The notes beneath the pieces were generated by a model. That model was not told the DNA's origin and made no database searches. It saw only the letters and a program-made list of their open reading frames with translations. A DNA stretch of 31,716 nt from an uncultured Spirochaetaceae bacterium (GTDB lineage: Bacteria > Spirochaetota > Spirochaetia > SZUA-6 > DRHE01), in assembly GCA_964604845.1 (NCBI GenBank), contig CAZSBH010000047.1, positions 1 to 31,716 on the forward strand, given 5' to 3'. Shown here one piece after another: positions 1-8,598 of the stretch (its first letter is position 1; the number at the start of each line of letters is the position of its first letter). The position numbers were made by a program, and so were the translations under genes.

Positions 1-802
1 TCACGGGCGTACCGCAGGCCATGGATTCGATAACGGACAGACCGAAAGGCTCATCGAACTGTATTGGGTGCAATAGCGCGCAGGCTTTGCCGAGCAGCCG
101 GTTGCGCTCAACTGGTCCGACGCTGCCGGCATAAATCACCTTGTCGTTGTCTATGTGAGGGGCGACATATTGGTCATAGTAAGCCTGGTCCTGGATAATG
201 CCCGCCAAAATCAGTTTTTTATTGCAGGCCCTGGCGATTTCAATGGCTTGTCGGGCACCCTTGTCATTGTGAATGCGCCCGAAAAAAAGCAGGGTATCAT
301 TCAGCTGGGACTGGAAATCAAATTGCTTGATATCAATACCGTGATGAATGGTTTTGATATAATCAAGATCCGGCGACCGGTCGGCATCGCTGATGGAAAC
401 ATAGAATACTTTGTTGTTGTATTTTTTGTAAACTGGTAGGATCCCGGGCGATGAAAAACCGTGAATGGTGGTCACCACCGGTGTGGCGGTAAGGCCTGTA
501 TAGGTCAGCGGCAGATAGTCAAAGTGGTTATGGATCAAGTCATATACATCGGCATTCTCAAAAAGTTCTGAAATGTGAAGGCACTCCCATACTTTTGGTA
601 TCAGAGAGCGATCTTCCTCATAGCCCTGCGGGCAAATCGCATGCAGAGTGCCGCTGGTTTGCGAATCCGCGGTTGCGAACAAGGTTACATCATGACCGCA
701 CGATACCAGCCCCTCGGTTAAAAGTGAGGCCACGTTTTCCCAGGGTCCATAATGTCGCGGCGGTGTGCGCCAGGCAATGGGCGAGAGCATGGCAATGTGC
801 AT
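1..802 (-). CDS. Glycosyltransferase family 4 (GT-B, group 1), partial: the C-terminus runs off the left edge
   Basis: Absent from the ORF track because there is no stop in the window. Reverse translation from the ATG at 802-800 gives MHIAMLSPIAWRTPPRHYGPW. The frame stays open to position 1 and ends ...VIESMACGTPV, a typical GT4 C-terminal region. Confidence 0.8.
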   Translation of the reverse strand, partial: MHIAMLSPIAWRTPPRHYGPWENVASLLTEGLVSCGHDVTLFATADSQTSGTLHAICPQGYEEDRSLIPKVWECLHISELFENADVYDLIHNHFDYLPLTYTGLTATPVVTTIHGFSSPGILPVYKKYNNKVFYVSISDADRSPDLDYIKTIHHGIDIKQFDFQSQLNDTLLFFGRIHNDKGARQAIEIARACNKKLILAGIIQDQAYYDQYVAPHIDNDKVIYAGSVGPVERNRLLGKACALLHPIQFDEPFGLSVIESMACGTPV

Positions 803-816
803 GACTGATCCTTTTG

Positions 817-1227
817 TTAATCGGTTTTCTGTGACAACGGCTGGTTTAAAATCTCGTCGGCATAAAGCTTTTGCAATGTCATCAGCGAAAGCAGCCAGGC
901 AAGGGACGATTCGGCGCCTTGATTCTGGTTGATGCCGTCCGCCATCAACCCATCTCGGCAACCGCCGGTCTTGGGATCATAGAGCGGCATATTCAGCTCA
1001 TTGTGTCCGAGAAACCAATTAAAGCACATGACCGCATTCTCAAACCATGTTTTCTCCTGAGTAACATTAAAAGCTTCGACACAGGCTTCAACCATGGTTT
1101 TGGCTTTGACGGGCTGCTGTTCGACACCGCCGGGCAGAGGCTTTAACTCAGCCACCCTCCTGCCGGATGCTCCTCTGGAATCTGTCGTTTCTATGATTCC
1201 CATGGCGGGGATATGGTTTGTCCTCAT
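817..1227 (-). CDS. 136-aa protein resembling only the C-terminal part of an (alpha/alpha)6 glycosidase-like domain; possible gene remnant
   Basis: ORF track. The motif region GGCRDGLMADGINQNQGAESSLAWLL resembles the end of six-hairpin glycosidase-like domains that often accompany GT4 enzymes. It is far too short for a full domain. Its ATG overlaps the deoC stop (ATGA at 1227-1224). Confidence 0.45.
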   Translation of the reverse strand: MRTNHIPAMGIIETTDSRGASGRRVAELKPLPGGVEQQPVKAKTMVEACVEAFNVTQEKTWFENAVMCFNWFLGHNELNMPLYDPKTGGCRDGLMADGINQNQGAESSLAWLLSLMTLQKLYADEILNQPLSQKTD

Positions 1228-1928
1228 TCGGATTTCTTTGGCCAGTGAAGCTTCTCCAGCTGTTCCACGAGGAAGTGACGCATAGCCACTATATTGGCTC
1301 CAGCCTTCATGAAAGCCGCCCCGTCCTCGATAGCAGCCACCCCTCCGGAAGCCTTGATGCCGGGCTGTTCGCCGATGGTTTCTCTGATGAGGGCGATATC
1401 GTGTATCGTAGCCCGGCCAGGCCCGAAGCCGGTGCAGGTCTTGATAAAATCGGCACCGCTGTCTTTTACCAGTTCAGCCGCCGTGACCTTCTCCTCATCG
1501 GTAAGCGCCCCGATTTCTATGATCACTTTGAAGGGCACTCCAAAGGGTTGGGCGACCTTCATCACTGAAGCGATATCTTCGGATACCTTTCGATGATCGC
1601 CTTGCTTGAAAGCAGCGATGTTCATCACCATATCCAGGTCGGTGGCTCCCCTTTTTAGACCCTCCTCCGCCTCTGTACACTTCACCAGTGTGGTTACCCC
1701 GCCGCAGGGAAAGCCCACGGGGATCTGAGCCCGTACGCCCGAGCCGGCGAGCTCGTCTACCAGGATCCCCAAAAACTGTGGGAAAGCGACCACTGCGCGA
1801 AACCCATATCGCCGGGCAATACTACAGGCTTCCCGGACCTCGGCTTCGGAAGCCGTGATATTCAAAACATCCGAATAGTCGATGGCAGAAACGAGATTGG
1901 CGATTTCTTCACTTGAGATCCTATGCAT
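1224..1928 (-). CDS. deoC: Deoxyribose-phosphate aldolase (DeoC/LacD-type class I aldolase)
   Basis: 234 aa. DeoC-like motifs: LDMVMNI, ADFIKTCTGFG (Schiff-base Lys region) and IKASGGV. Confidence 0.85.
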   Translation of the reverse strand: MHRISSEEIANLVSAIDYSDVLNITASEAEVREACSIARRYGFRAVVAFPQFLGILVDELAGSGVRAQIPVGFPCGGVTTLVKCTEAEEGLKRGATDLDMVMNIAAFKQGDHRKVSEDIASVMKVAQPFGVPFKVIIEIGALTDEEKVTAAELVKDSGADFIKTCTGFGPGRATIHDIALIRETIGEQPGIKASGGVAAIEDGAAFMKAGANIVAMRHFLVEQLEKLHWPKKSE

Positions 1929-2522
1929 CCCATACTCCTTGCTTGGTGGATTTCTTACAGATTCCAGAATAAAGCCTAAAAAGACAGAAAGGCAAGGGAA
2001 TTCATCGGGCAGGATTGGGATGGGAGAAAGTTATGCTGACCTCATCTTTGTGTTTAATGATGATTGGATTCGCCTCAATCTGGCAGATATTCTCCAGGGT
2101 AGCTCATCGAGGCTAGAGTACGGGATAGCCATATATGCTGAAACTGAATCTGTTTACTTCGAATCAACGAGACAACCAGATCGGCCGACACTTCTCGTTC
2201 AACCCGGAAAGTAAAAGGAAGCGGATCTGGTCGAACACACCGCAGAGGGCTTGGGATAGATAGCGACCTCTATCTCTGATTATCCCCGCCGCCACAACAT
2301 AACAGATTCCCCATGAAACGGGAGCAATAAGGTCAATAAAAATCCAAAGAAGAAAATACCGAGGATGCCGAAAATAGTATTCACTCCAACAAGTAAAAGC
2401 GCAATAGCTGGCAGTGCGTAAATAGACTATTGTAAAGAGATATTCTCGGATGGGGTGGTGTCTGATTACTCGGTGGAAATCGAATTAGCAACGTTGATCT
2501 GACGATCAGGAGAACACCGATC

Positions 2523-2843
2523 CTAGACCAATCCTCTTGCTTGTGATACCGATCTGTAGTAGTGATCCCTCAAGGTTCCATCAACGAACAAGCCCCCACT
2601 CTCCTCCAGCATCTTTTTGTATTCGGGATCGGACAAAAGCTTTCCAAACAGCTGTTCAACCTCGCCCACCGATTCCCCACGAGCGACCCAATGCAATTCG
2701 GTTTGGACTCCGGTGACATTCATCAATACCTCAACTTTGGAGTCGTATTTTTTGGTGATGTAATCCGCCACTTTTAAAGCCCACCCAATAGCCTCTTGTG
2801 TTTTACCGCCAACAAACCTGTCGGAACGAACAAAGTAAACCAT
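2523..2843 (-). CDS. Hypothetical small alpha+beta protein (106 aa)
   Basis: The ORF 2523..2882 is trimmed to the internal ATG at 2843, which is preceded by AAAGAGGAGGAG (strong SD). The product starts MVYFVRSDRF. The function was not recognised. Confidence 0.55.
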   Translation of the reverse strand: MVYFVRSDRFVGGKTQEAIGWALKVADYITKKYDSKVEVLMNVTGVQTELHWVARGESVGEVEQLFGKLLSDPEYKKMLEESGGLFVDGTLRDHYYRSVSQARGLV

Positions 2844-3097
2844 ATTTCTCCTCCTCTTTTCACTAGTATAGTTGTTGGTCATCTGAATTACAAATCTTTT
2901 GCGATCATCAATATAGAAAATAAGAAAGGAACGCTATCGCCATCCACTGCTTCAGTGCCAAACGAAACAGGACGGAAACAGCATCTTTCCTATACCCGAA
3001 CCACATCATGTTTCTCTTCAGAACGCAATGAACAGCTGTAGAGTCGCCTTGTGGGAAAGGGTGCTCAATAAGAACGATGTCTGAGTGAGCTCTTGTA

Positions 3098-3562
3098 TTA
3101 CTGTGAATTATTGTTTCGATGCTCCTGCAGGCGAGTCATAACTCTGTCGAAGGACTCTTTTTCGAACGAAGCTACCAGCAGGTGCTGATAGGCCGATTCC
3201 ATGACAATCCGCCACTCTTTCTCAACGTGCTGAGAAACCGGGTTCACCTGCAGACCGTATCGCTTCATGATCGTTATAGCCTGGGGATCCGCCTGTTCCA
3301 CCTCTTTTTCCACTTGATTGGCAATCTTACCGGCTGCCGCCAAAAGGTCTGCCTTCAAGCTGTCGGGAATCCTGTTCCAGGCTTTTTTGGATATCATTAC
3401 CGCGCCGAAAAGCGGAGCGAGTTTAAGGTCGCACATATGGGATGCCAGGCCAAACCACTGATACGAAGCCGCCGTCAACGGGCTCACGGTCAGGGCATCA
3501 ATTACCTTGAGCGGTCGACTCCCAGGCGGGGGCAGCACCGAATGATCGGGCAGCGGGAGCAT
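3098..3562 (-). pseudogene. TRAP-type (DctP-family) solute-binding protein, C-terminal half only
   Basis: 154 aa. The stretch ...FGAVMISKKAWNRIPDSLKADLLAAAGKIANQVEKE... looks like the C-terminal lobe of DctP-like binding proteins (normally about 330 aa). There is no signal peptide and no SD. The upstream in-frame sequence hits a stop at 3617-3619 and runs into the neighbouring gene. No dctQ/dctM is present. Confidence 0.5.
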
Positions 3563-3593
3563 TTGGGGCTGATAGGAGTGCAGAGGGGACAGG

Positions 3594-4169
3594 CTACCAT
3601 TGCCCCTCTTCTTCGATTAAAGAAGCTTTCAGGTCTTCAAACAGTTTCAGAACCTCCGGCTTATAACTACTCATCAACTCCTCGTTGTCTATGAAACGGT
3701 CCTTCTGTCTATACTGATCCTCTTCGCTATTCATCCTACCGCCCCACCATTTTTCGGTGCCCAAGGGCATCTGATATCTTTTCCGGTACACGTAGTATGC
3801 GTCCTCTGCCGTAGCGCGGGCCATCCCATCCTTGACTTCAACGGTGAGCATGAAGCGTGTTGGGCAAGTACCAAAAAAACGATATATAACCTTGATCTCG
3901 ATTTTGCCCATGATTCTCCCGGCTTCCTTATCCTCGTGATCAATAGCCGCTTCCGAATCAAACCACGAGAAAGTAGATACCGCCGCCCCCGAGTTCTCGA
4001 CGGCCTTTACCATCCACACCATTGACAACTCGTAAAGCTCGTCCTTGGTTTTGTCCGCTTCGAAGACTCCCTCGATAATGCGCCCTTCCGGTGGTATTGG
4101 GGGTGAGGTAACACACGTAACAAAAGTAACTGCAATAACCACCACTCCTACAAGCAGTGGTTTTTTCAT
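3594..4169 (-). CDS. Lipoprotein, possibly DUF4468-like
   Basis: The ORF is trimmed to MKKPLLVGVVVIAVTFVTC (signal peptide plus lipobox Cys). The segment KTKDELYELSMVWMVKAV resembles DUF4468 lipoproteins. That family assignment is tentative. Confidence 0.65.
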   Translation of the reverse strand: MKKPLLVGVVVIAVTFVTCVTSPPIPPEGRIIEGVFEADKTKDELYELSMVWMVKAVENSGAAVSTFSWFDSEAAIDHEDKEAGRIMGKIEIKVIYRFFGTCPTRFMLTVEVKDGMARATAEDAYYVYRKRYQMPLGTEKWWGGRMNSEEDQYRQKDRFIDNEELMSSYKPEVLKLFEDLKASLIEEEGQW

Positions 4170-4278
4170 GTTTCCTTCATACACTCCGATCCGACTGTAT
4201 TTTCAAAAACTGATTCACAACTTCTGGATTTGGTGGGCACTACCATTCCGGGCGCGGAACATCAGTGCCTCCGTTCAT

Positions 4279-4890
4279 TCAATCCCTATCTGGTTTTCCT
4301 GTGATGAAAGTAGCCACCGGTGCCATGGAAAACATCAGTTCTGTTCCGTCCCGACCGGCTACCAGCTTGAAATTCGTAAAAATTCCCACCGATTCCATCG
4401 GAATGAAATAAGCCCCTGCTTGAAAAATCAACGCCTCAGAGATCGAATCGCTGCCGGCGCCCAGATACAGTTGTACGTACCGATTGAGGCGATTGTTCAT
4501 GGTCAATCCGCCATGATAAAAAAACAGATCATCCGGATGTCCGCCTACACCGCCCGTCAGCAGGCAGGAAAACTGTTTTGAGTCCGTGAAGATGTCGACT
4601 ACGTCAATTTTTGCGTCAACCGACGGGTATATATCTAGATTCAGGGTGTGACCCGCAATGCCGAATTCCAACCAATCCAATGGAGCATAGCTGAAATATC
4701 CGAAGAGCGAATCGCCTACGTATTCATTGTCTTCTGTCAATTCGAACTCTACACCTGCTACCACTGTAACGGTTGATTTGTCTATATCTTTCATGAGATG
4801 GGTTCGCGTAACCGTGGAGGTGGGCAGGGTTAAACAGGATGTGATGAACAATGAAAGCCCGAATAAAACGAGGTTATGGATTTTTTTCAT
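4279..4890 (-). CDS. Lipoprotein of unknown function
   Basis: MKKIHNLVLFGLSLFITSC signal/lipobox. The rest is rich in alternating beta-strand-like segments. SD GGAGGAGAAAG lies upstream. Confidence 0.65.
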   Translation of the reverse strand: MKKIHNLVLFGLSLFITSCLTLPTSTVTRTHLMKDIDKSTVTVVAGVEFELTEDNEYVGDSLFGYFSYAPLDWLEFGIAGHTLNLDIYPSVDAKIDVVDIFTDSKQFSCLLTGGVGGHPDDLFFYHGGLTMNNRLNRYVQLYLGAGSDSISEALIFQAGAYFIPMESVGIFTNFKLVAGRDGTELMFSMAPVATFITGKPDRD

Positions 4891-5148
4891 CTTTCTCCTC
4901 CATTTCTTTCATCGGATCTCGACATCTCGTGCTATTGGCTGCTGCTGTCATATTCATTATATCCGATCCTGATGGCGCTGCAACCAGGCTGGATGTGTGA
5001 GCCGGCGACCATACGGTATTGTGGCTGTCGCCGGGTCGATCATTCGAATCCGTTTCGCCTTTATTTCGAGGTCGGGATCAACAGCAGTACTAGAGTGCCG
5101 ACGACACCCGAGGCCAAGAAGATCGTGCCCAGAGCGATCAATGCGAAT

Positions 5149-5604
5149 CTACCCGGATAGTTCAGATACCCTCCGTTGGAAGTGCTCCGTATGCCATTTG
5201 AGGTGGCGGTAGTAGTCGTTGACCAGCCATTCCAGCGTGCGGGCATTGCCTCCAACGGACCAGGTGTTGGCAAGGCAACTTTCTGGTATATGTCCGGCCA
5301 GCCAGAGAATCAGGCGGTTGTAGTTCAGCCACAGCTCTTTCAGCAAACTCCAGCTCATCTGATTGTAGCGTTGTATCCGTATCCACCTTTCTCCGTCGTA
5401 GGCGGGAAATTCTTCCAGGTGCCCTTCTTGAAGTCGCACGAATCGTTGATGATTGTTGGAGGCCGAATCGATCAGATGCCCGACGATCTCTTTGAGAGAC
5501 CAGGCATCGGCGGAGAGCTGAATCCCCGCTACAGCCTCATCGGTCTGCTCTAAAAGTGAGTGTAGGTGATCGACTGCGGATCGAAATCCTTCAAGATCAA
5601 ACAT
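5149..5604 (-). CDS. DinB-family (DinB_2) four-helix-bundle metalloprotein
   Basis: 151 aa. WSLKEIVGHLIDSASNNHQRF ... YYRHLKWHTEH shows the His-triad pattern typical of the DinB superfamily. The start overlaps the rhaA stop by 8 nt. Confidence 0.8.
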   Translation of the reverse strand: MFDLEGFRSAVDHLHSLLEQTDEAVAGIQLSADAWSLKEIVGHLIDSASNNHQRFVRLQEGHLEEFPAYDGERWIRIQRYNQMSWSLLKELWLNYNRLILWLAGHIPESCLANTWSVGGNARTLEWLVNDYYRHLKWHTEHFQRRVSELSG

Positions 5605-6868
5605 GAGCAGGGCGCCGCTTGCCGGTTACTTCCCGCTCATAGCGGTGTACCCTCTCAATGATTTCCTGATCCAGGGGTACGTCCAGCCGCCGGCAGTGCT
5701 CGTCCCAGACGGCCCCGAAGGGCAGGCTCTTCATCTCCTCTATCAATGCCAGCCGGGCGAAGAAATCCCCCTCCTCCTCGTAACGTTTCAGCCGCTCGTG
5801 GGGCAGGAGCAGAGCGAGCAGAAATGCCTTCAAGGCCGCCCGGCCGCCGAGGAGGTAGGCGCCGATGCGGTTCAGGGTTCCATCGAAAAAATCCAAACCG
5901 ACGAAGGATCGGTCCAACTTTTCGGAGCGAACCAGCTCGGCGCAGAGCTCTTTCAGATCGTCGTTTAAGATGACCACATGGTCGCTGTCCCAGCGCATCG
6001 GCCTGCTGACATGGAAGACCAGCTCCTCCACGAACTGGAACAGTGCGGATACCTTGTCGGCAATCGATTCTGTGGGGTGGAAGTGCCCGGTGTCCAGACA
6101 GATCAGCTTGCCCCGGCTCAGGGCATAGCCCATGTAGAACTCGTGGGAGCCTACGACGAAGGCTTCGCTGCCGATGCCGAACAGCTTGGACTCCAGGGAG
6201 TCCTTGAGATGTCCAGGATCGTAGTCCTGGCTGTAGATCTCATCCAAACTCTCCACCAGCAGACGGCGGTAACCGAAACGGTCCACGGTGAGGTCCTTGG
6301 CCCCGTCGGGGATCCATAGGTTGTGGATGCAGGGACCACCCTGTTTTTTCCCCAGAAAGGCACTGATCTTCCGGCAGGCCTGGGCGTGGCGGATCCAGAA
6401 TCTGCGTGTTTCATCGTCTTTGCTGCTCAGGGTGAATCCGCTGTCCGCCAGCGGATGGGAGAAAAAGGTTGAGTTGAAGTCCAGTCCGACGCCCAGTGAT
6501 CCGGCCCAGTCCGCCCAACCGTCAAAGTGCTCCGGCGCGACCTGATCCCGATCCACCTTCTTGCCCGCGAAATCTCCGTAGCTGGCGTGCAGGGCCAGGC
6601 GATGATTGCCGGGCAGCAGGGAAAAGACGGTCTGCAGATCAGCCCGGATTTCCTCTATGGTTCGGGCTTTGCCAGGGTAGTTGCCCGTGACCTGGATGCC
6701 TCCCCCGGAGAGCTCGGCATCAGGGGTCTCGAAGCCGCCGACATCGTCGGCCTGCCAGCAGTGAATCGAAAGGGGCAGGGCGGCAAGCCGCTTCAGGGCT
6801 CTTTGAACGTCTACGCCCAACTCCTGGTAGCGTTCTTCGGCATTGTTGAATACTTGTTGATCGTTCAT
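5597..6868 (-). CDS. rhaA: L-rhamnose isomerase
   Basis: 423 aa, collinear with E. coli RhaA as I recall it: LPLSIHCWQADDVGGFE, GGIQVTGNYPGKAR, NLWIPDG.KD, ESKLFGIGSE, CLDTGHFHPTE, SRP.RWDSDHVV. Confidence 0.95.
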   Translation of the reverse strand: MNDQQVFNNAEERYQELGVDVQRALKRLAALPLSIHCWQADDVGGFETPDAELSGGGIQVTGNYPGKARTIEEIRADLQTVFSLLPGNHRLALHASYGDFAGKKVDRDQVAPEHFDGWADWAGSLGVGLDFNSTFFSHPLADSGFTLSSKDDETRRFWIRHAQACRKISAFLGKKQGGPCIHNLWIPDGAKDLTVDRFGYRRLLVESLDEIYSQDYDPGHLKDSLESKLFGIGSEAFVVGSHEFYMGYALSRGKLICLDTGHFHPTESIADKVSALFQFVEELVFHVSRPMRWDSDHVVILNDDLKELCAELVRSEKLDRSFVGLDFFDGTLNRIGAYLLGGRAALKAFLLALLLPHERLKRYEEEGDFFARLALIEEMKSLPFGAVWDEHCRRLDVPLDQEIIERVHRYEREVTGKRRPAHV

Positions 6869-6958
6869 CCTGTATTCCTATCCTCCTCCATTCTCCGTTC
6901 CCGACGGGGCACCATGACAGTACCCCCAGGGGTATTGCGCACAAGATGTATTGGGGGA

Positions 6959-7654
6959 CTATTCCTCCCGGCAGCTTTTCACAATTTTGGCGATATGGAT
7001 TGCGGTTGTATCTATGTAGTGCGGGCTGATATCTTCGGGCTTCAGGAGCAGCGGCAGCTCCGTACAGCCCAGGATCACCGCCTCGACGTTCTGATCCGCC
7101 GCGATCCTGTCAATAATCGAAACGAATCGATCTTTGGTGCCGTCCTTGATTATGCCGAACTCGATCTCCGAGAACAGCTTCTCCTGGATGTAGTCGATCT
7201 CCTCAAGCTTGGGCACGACCACGCGTATGCCTGCTTCATGGAAAGCTTTCGGGTAAAAATCGGATTCCATTGTGAACTTCGTGCCTAATAGGCACAGTGT
7301 TTTGACCCCGAGTTGAACCGCATGATCACGGGTTGCCTCGACGATGCTGAGCAGAGGCAAAGCTGTGTTTTGCTGTACCTGGCCGAACACCTTGTGGGGC
7401 GTGTTGGAGGCGATCGCTCCGAGTTCCGCTCCGCCCCGGCGAAGGATCTCGAATCGATTCGAAATCATTGACGCAATTTTGTCCCAGGCCCCCGCCTGAG
7501 CGTCTGCGATCATTGAATGGAGGTCTACGCTTTCGATTCCGATTTCCGGGTAGCCGAGCTGGTCATAGGTCGGCTTGAAAGCCTCGATGATCCCCCGGTA
7601 GTAATCGATCGTCGATTCGGGACCCAACCCACCGACAATACCTATCTTCTTCAT
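6959..7654 (-). CDS. Asp/Glu racemase-family protein (YgeA-like)
   Basis: The ORF is trimmed to MKKIGIVGGLGPESTIDYY. The second catalytic motif LGCTELPLL is present. The first motif reads IASNTPH, with Ser where classical racemases have Cys. Confidence 0.85.
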   Translation of the reverse strand: MKKIGIVGGLGPESTIDYYRGIIEAFKPTYDQLGYPEIGIESVDLHSMIADAQAGAWDKIASMISNRFEILRRGGAELGAIASNTPHKVFGQVQQNTALPLLSIVEATRDHAVQLGVKTLCLLGTKFTMESDFYPKAFHEAGIRVVVPKLEEIDYIQEKLFSEIEFGIIKDGTKDRFVSIIDRIAADQNVEAVILGCTELPLLLKPEDISPHYIDTTAIHIAKIVKSCREE

Positions 7655-7756
7655 CTTTTGCGATCCTTGAAGTGCAGCAGGGTTTGACAAGATACTACCC
7701 GAAGAAGAGGATTTTGTGAAATCCCAATAATAGTCGTGATGTGGATATTCGAAAGG

Positions 7757-8503
7757 TTATTCGGAGATCTCGATGAACTCGATATAGGAAACCGAGCTTT
7801 GTCCCGTATCGTCGGAATCGTTCATGATTGCCAGGCTGGCCGTAGTGGGAGGTTTCTCGCCGAAAGCCCGCTGGTAATCGGCGAGGATATTCAGATTCTC
7901 CTCGATCCACTGGCCCTTTCTTTCGCCACCCATCTGGAGAAAGATCATTTTAGAGCGATTGGAATACGGATTTGTCATGATTGCTTCGGTACTGATATTG
8001 CTGGCCCACACGTAGTTCAGAGCACTGTGCGGGGGGTATTCACCGTACCGACGCTTCGCCGCCCCGTAGGTGATTTTTTCCAGGGGGCCGGCCCGCTCGG
8101 GTTCAAACTTGAAGATGATGTAGACCCGGATGGGATAGTCATCCCCCTGTTTGCGATTCACCCTGTTCACATCCTCACCGCTGTAGACATTGTCCACCTT
8201 CCAGCGCCAGCGGATGTTGGGGTACTGGTAGACATCGAACTCGCTATTATAGATCAGACCCGAAGAGGAGGCATTGCTTTCCGCCTTGAGATAATGCCTT
8301 CCGCTTTCGGTTTCTGTCGTGTAGACCGTGTGCCGGGGGATCTTGGGGAACAACAGAGGTTTCCAGTTTTCCAGGTCGCTGAACTCCTCGCGAATCAGGA
8401 CTTTATGGTCCGTGGCCGAGGCCGTGAAGGGTGCAAGCAGGGCGGATGAAACCAATAAAATTGCGACTGCACCTGCCCGGGCAAATATTATCAATTTTCT
8501 CAT
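7757..8503 (-). CDS. Secreted DUF3047-domain protein
   Basis: 248 aa with a signal peptide. NIRWRWKV ... GDDYPIRVYIIF ... ALNYVWAS is the pattern I associate with DUF3047. Confidence 0.75.
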   Translation of the reverse strand: MRKLIIFARAGAVAILLVSSALLAPFTASATDHKVLIREEFSDLENWKPLLFPKIPRHTVYTTETESGRHYLKAESNASSSGLIYNSEFDVYQYPNIRWRWKVDNVYSGEDVNRVNRKQGDDYPIRVYIIFKFEPERAGPLEKITYGAAKRRYGEYPPHSALNYVWASNISTEAIMTNPYSNRSKMIFLQMGGERKGQWIEENLNILADYQRAFGEKPPTTASLAIMNDSDDTGQSSVSYIEFIEISE

Positions 8504-8598
8504 GTTCTTAATATACGCAGTGCAGCCTAAAACTCAAAACAGAAAAACAGTACGGAGTGATTGCATCTCGAAGCCCGCCTCAGTAGGATGAGGGAACC

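Noticed and set aside
5041-5052. CATTCGAATCCG, resembling the tRNA T-loop consensus GGTTCGAATCC, in the 258-bp gap at 4891-5148.
   Set aside because: The flanking bases do not form a T-stem (gatca / ccgtt are not complementary), and no acceptor or anticodon arms could be drawn. It is not a tRNA.
5061-5160. Hydrophobic tail (...FALIALGTIFLASGVVGTLVLLLIPTSK*) just downstream of the DinB-family gene, as a possible small membrane peptide.
   Set aside because: There is no ATG or GTG start with an SD (only a possible TTG). It would be about 26 codons long. The rest of the listed ORF 5061..5273 overlaps the DinB gene out of frame. The evidence is insufficient.
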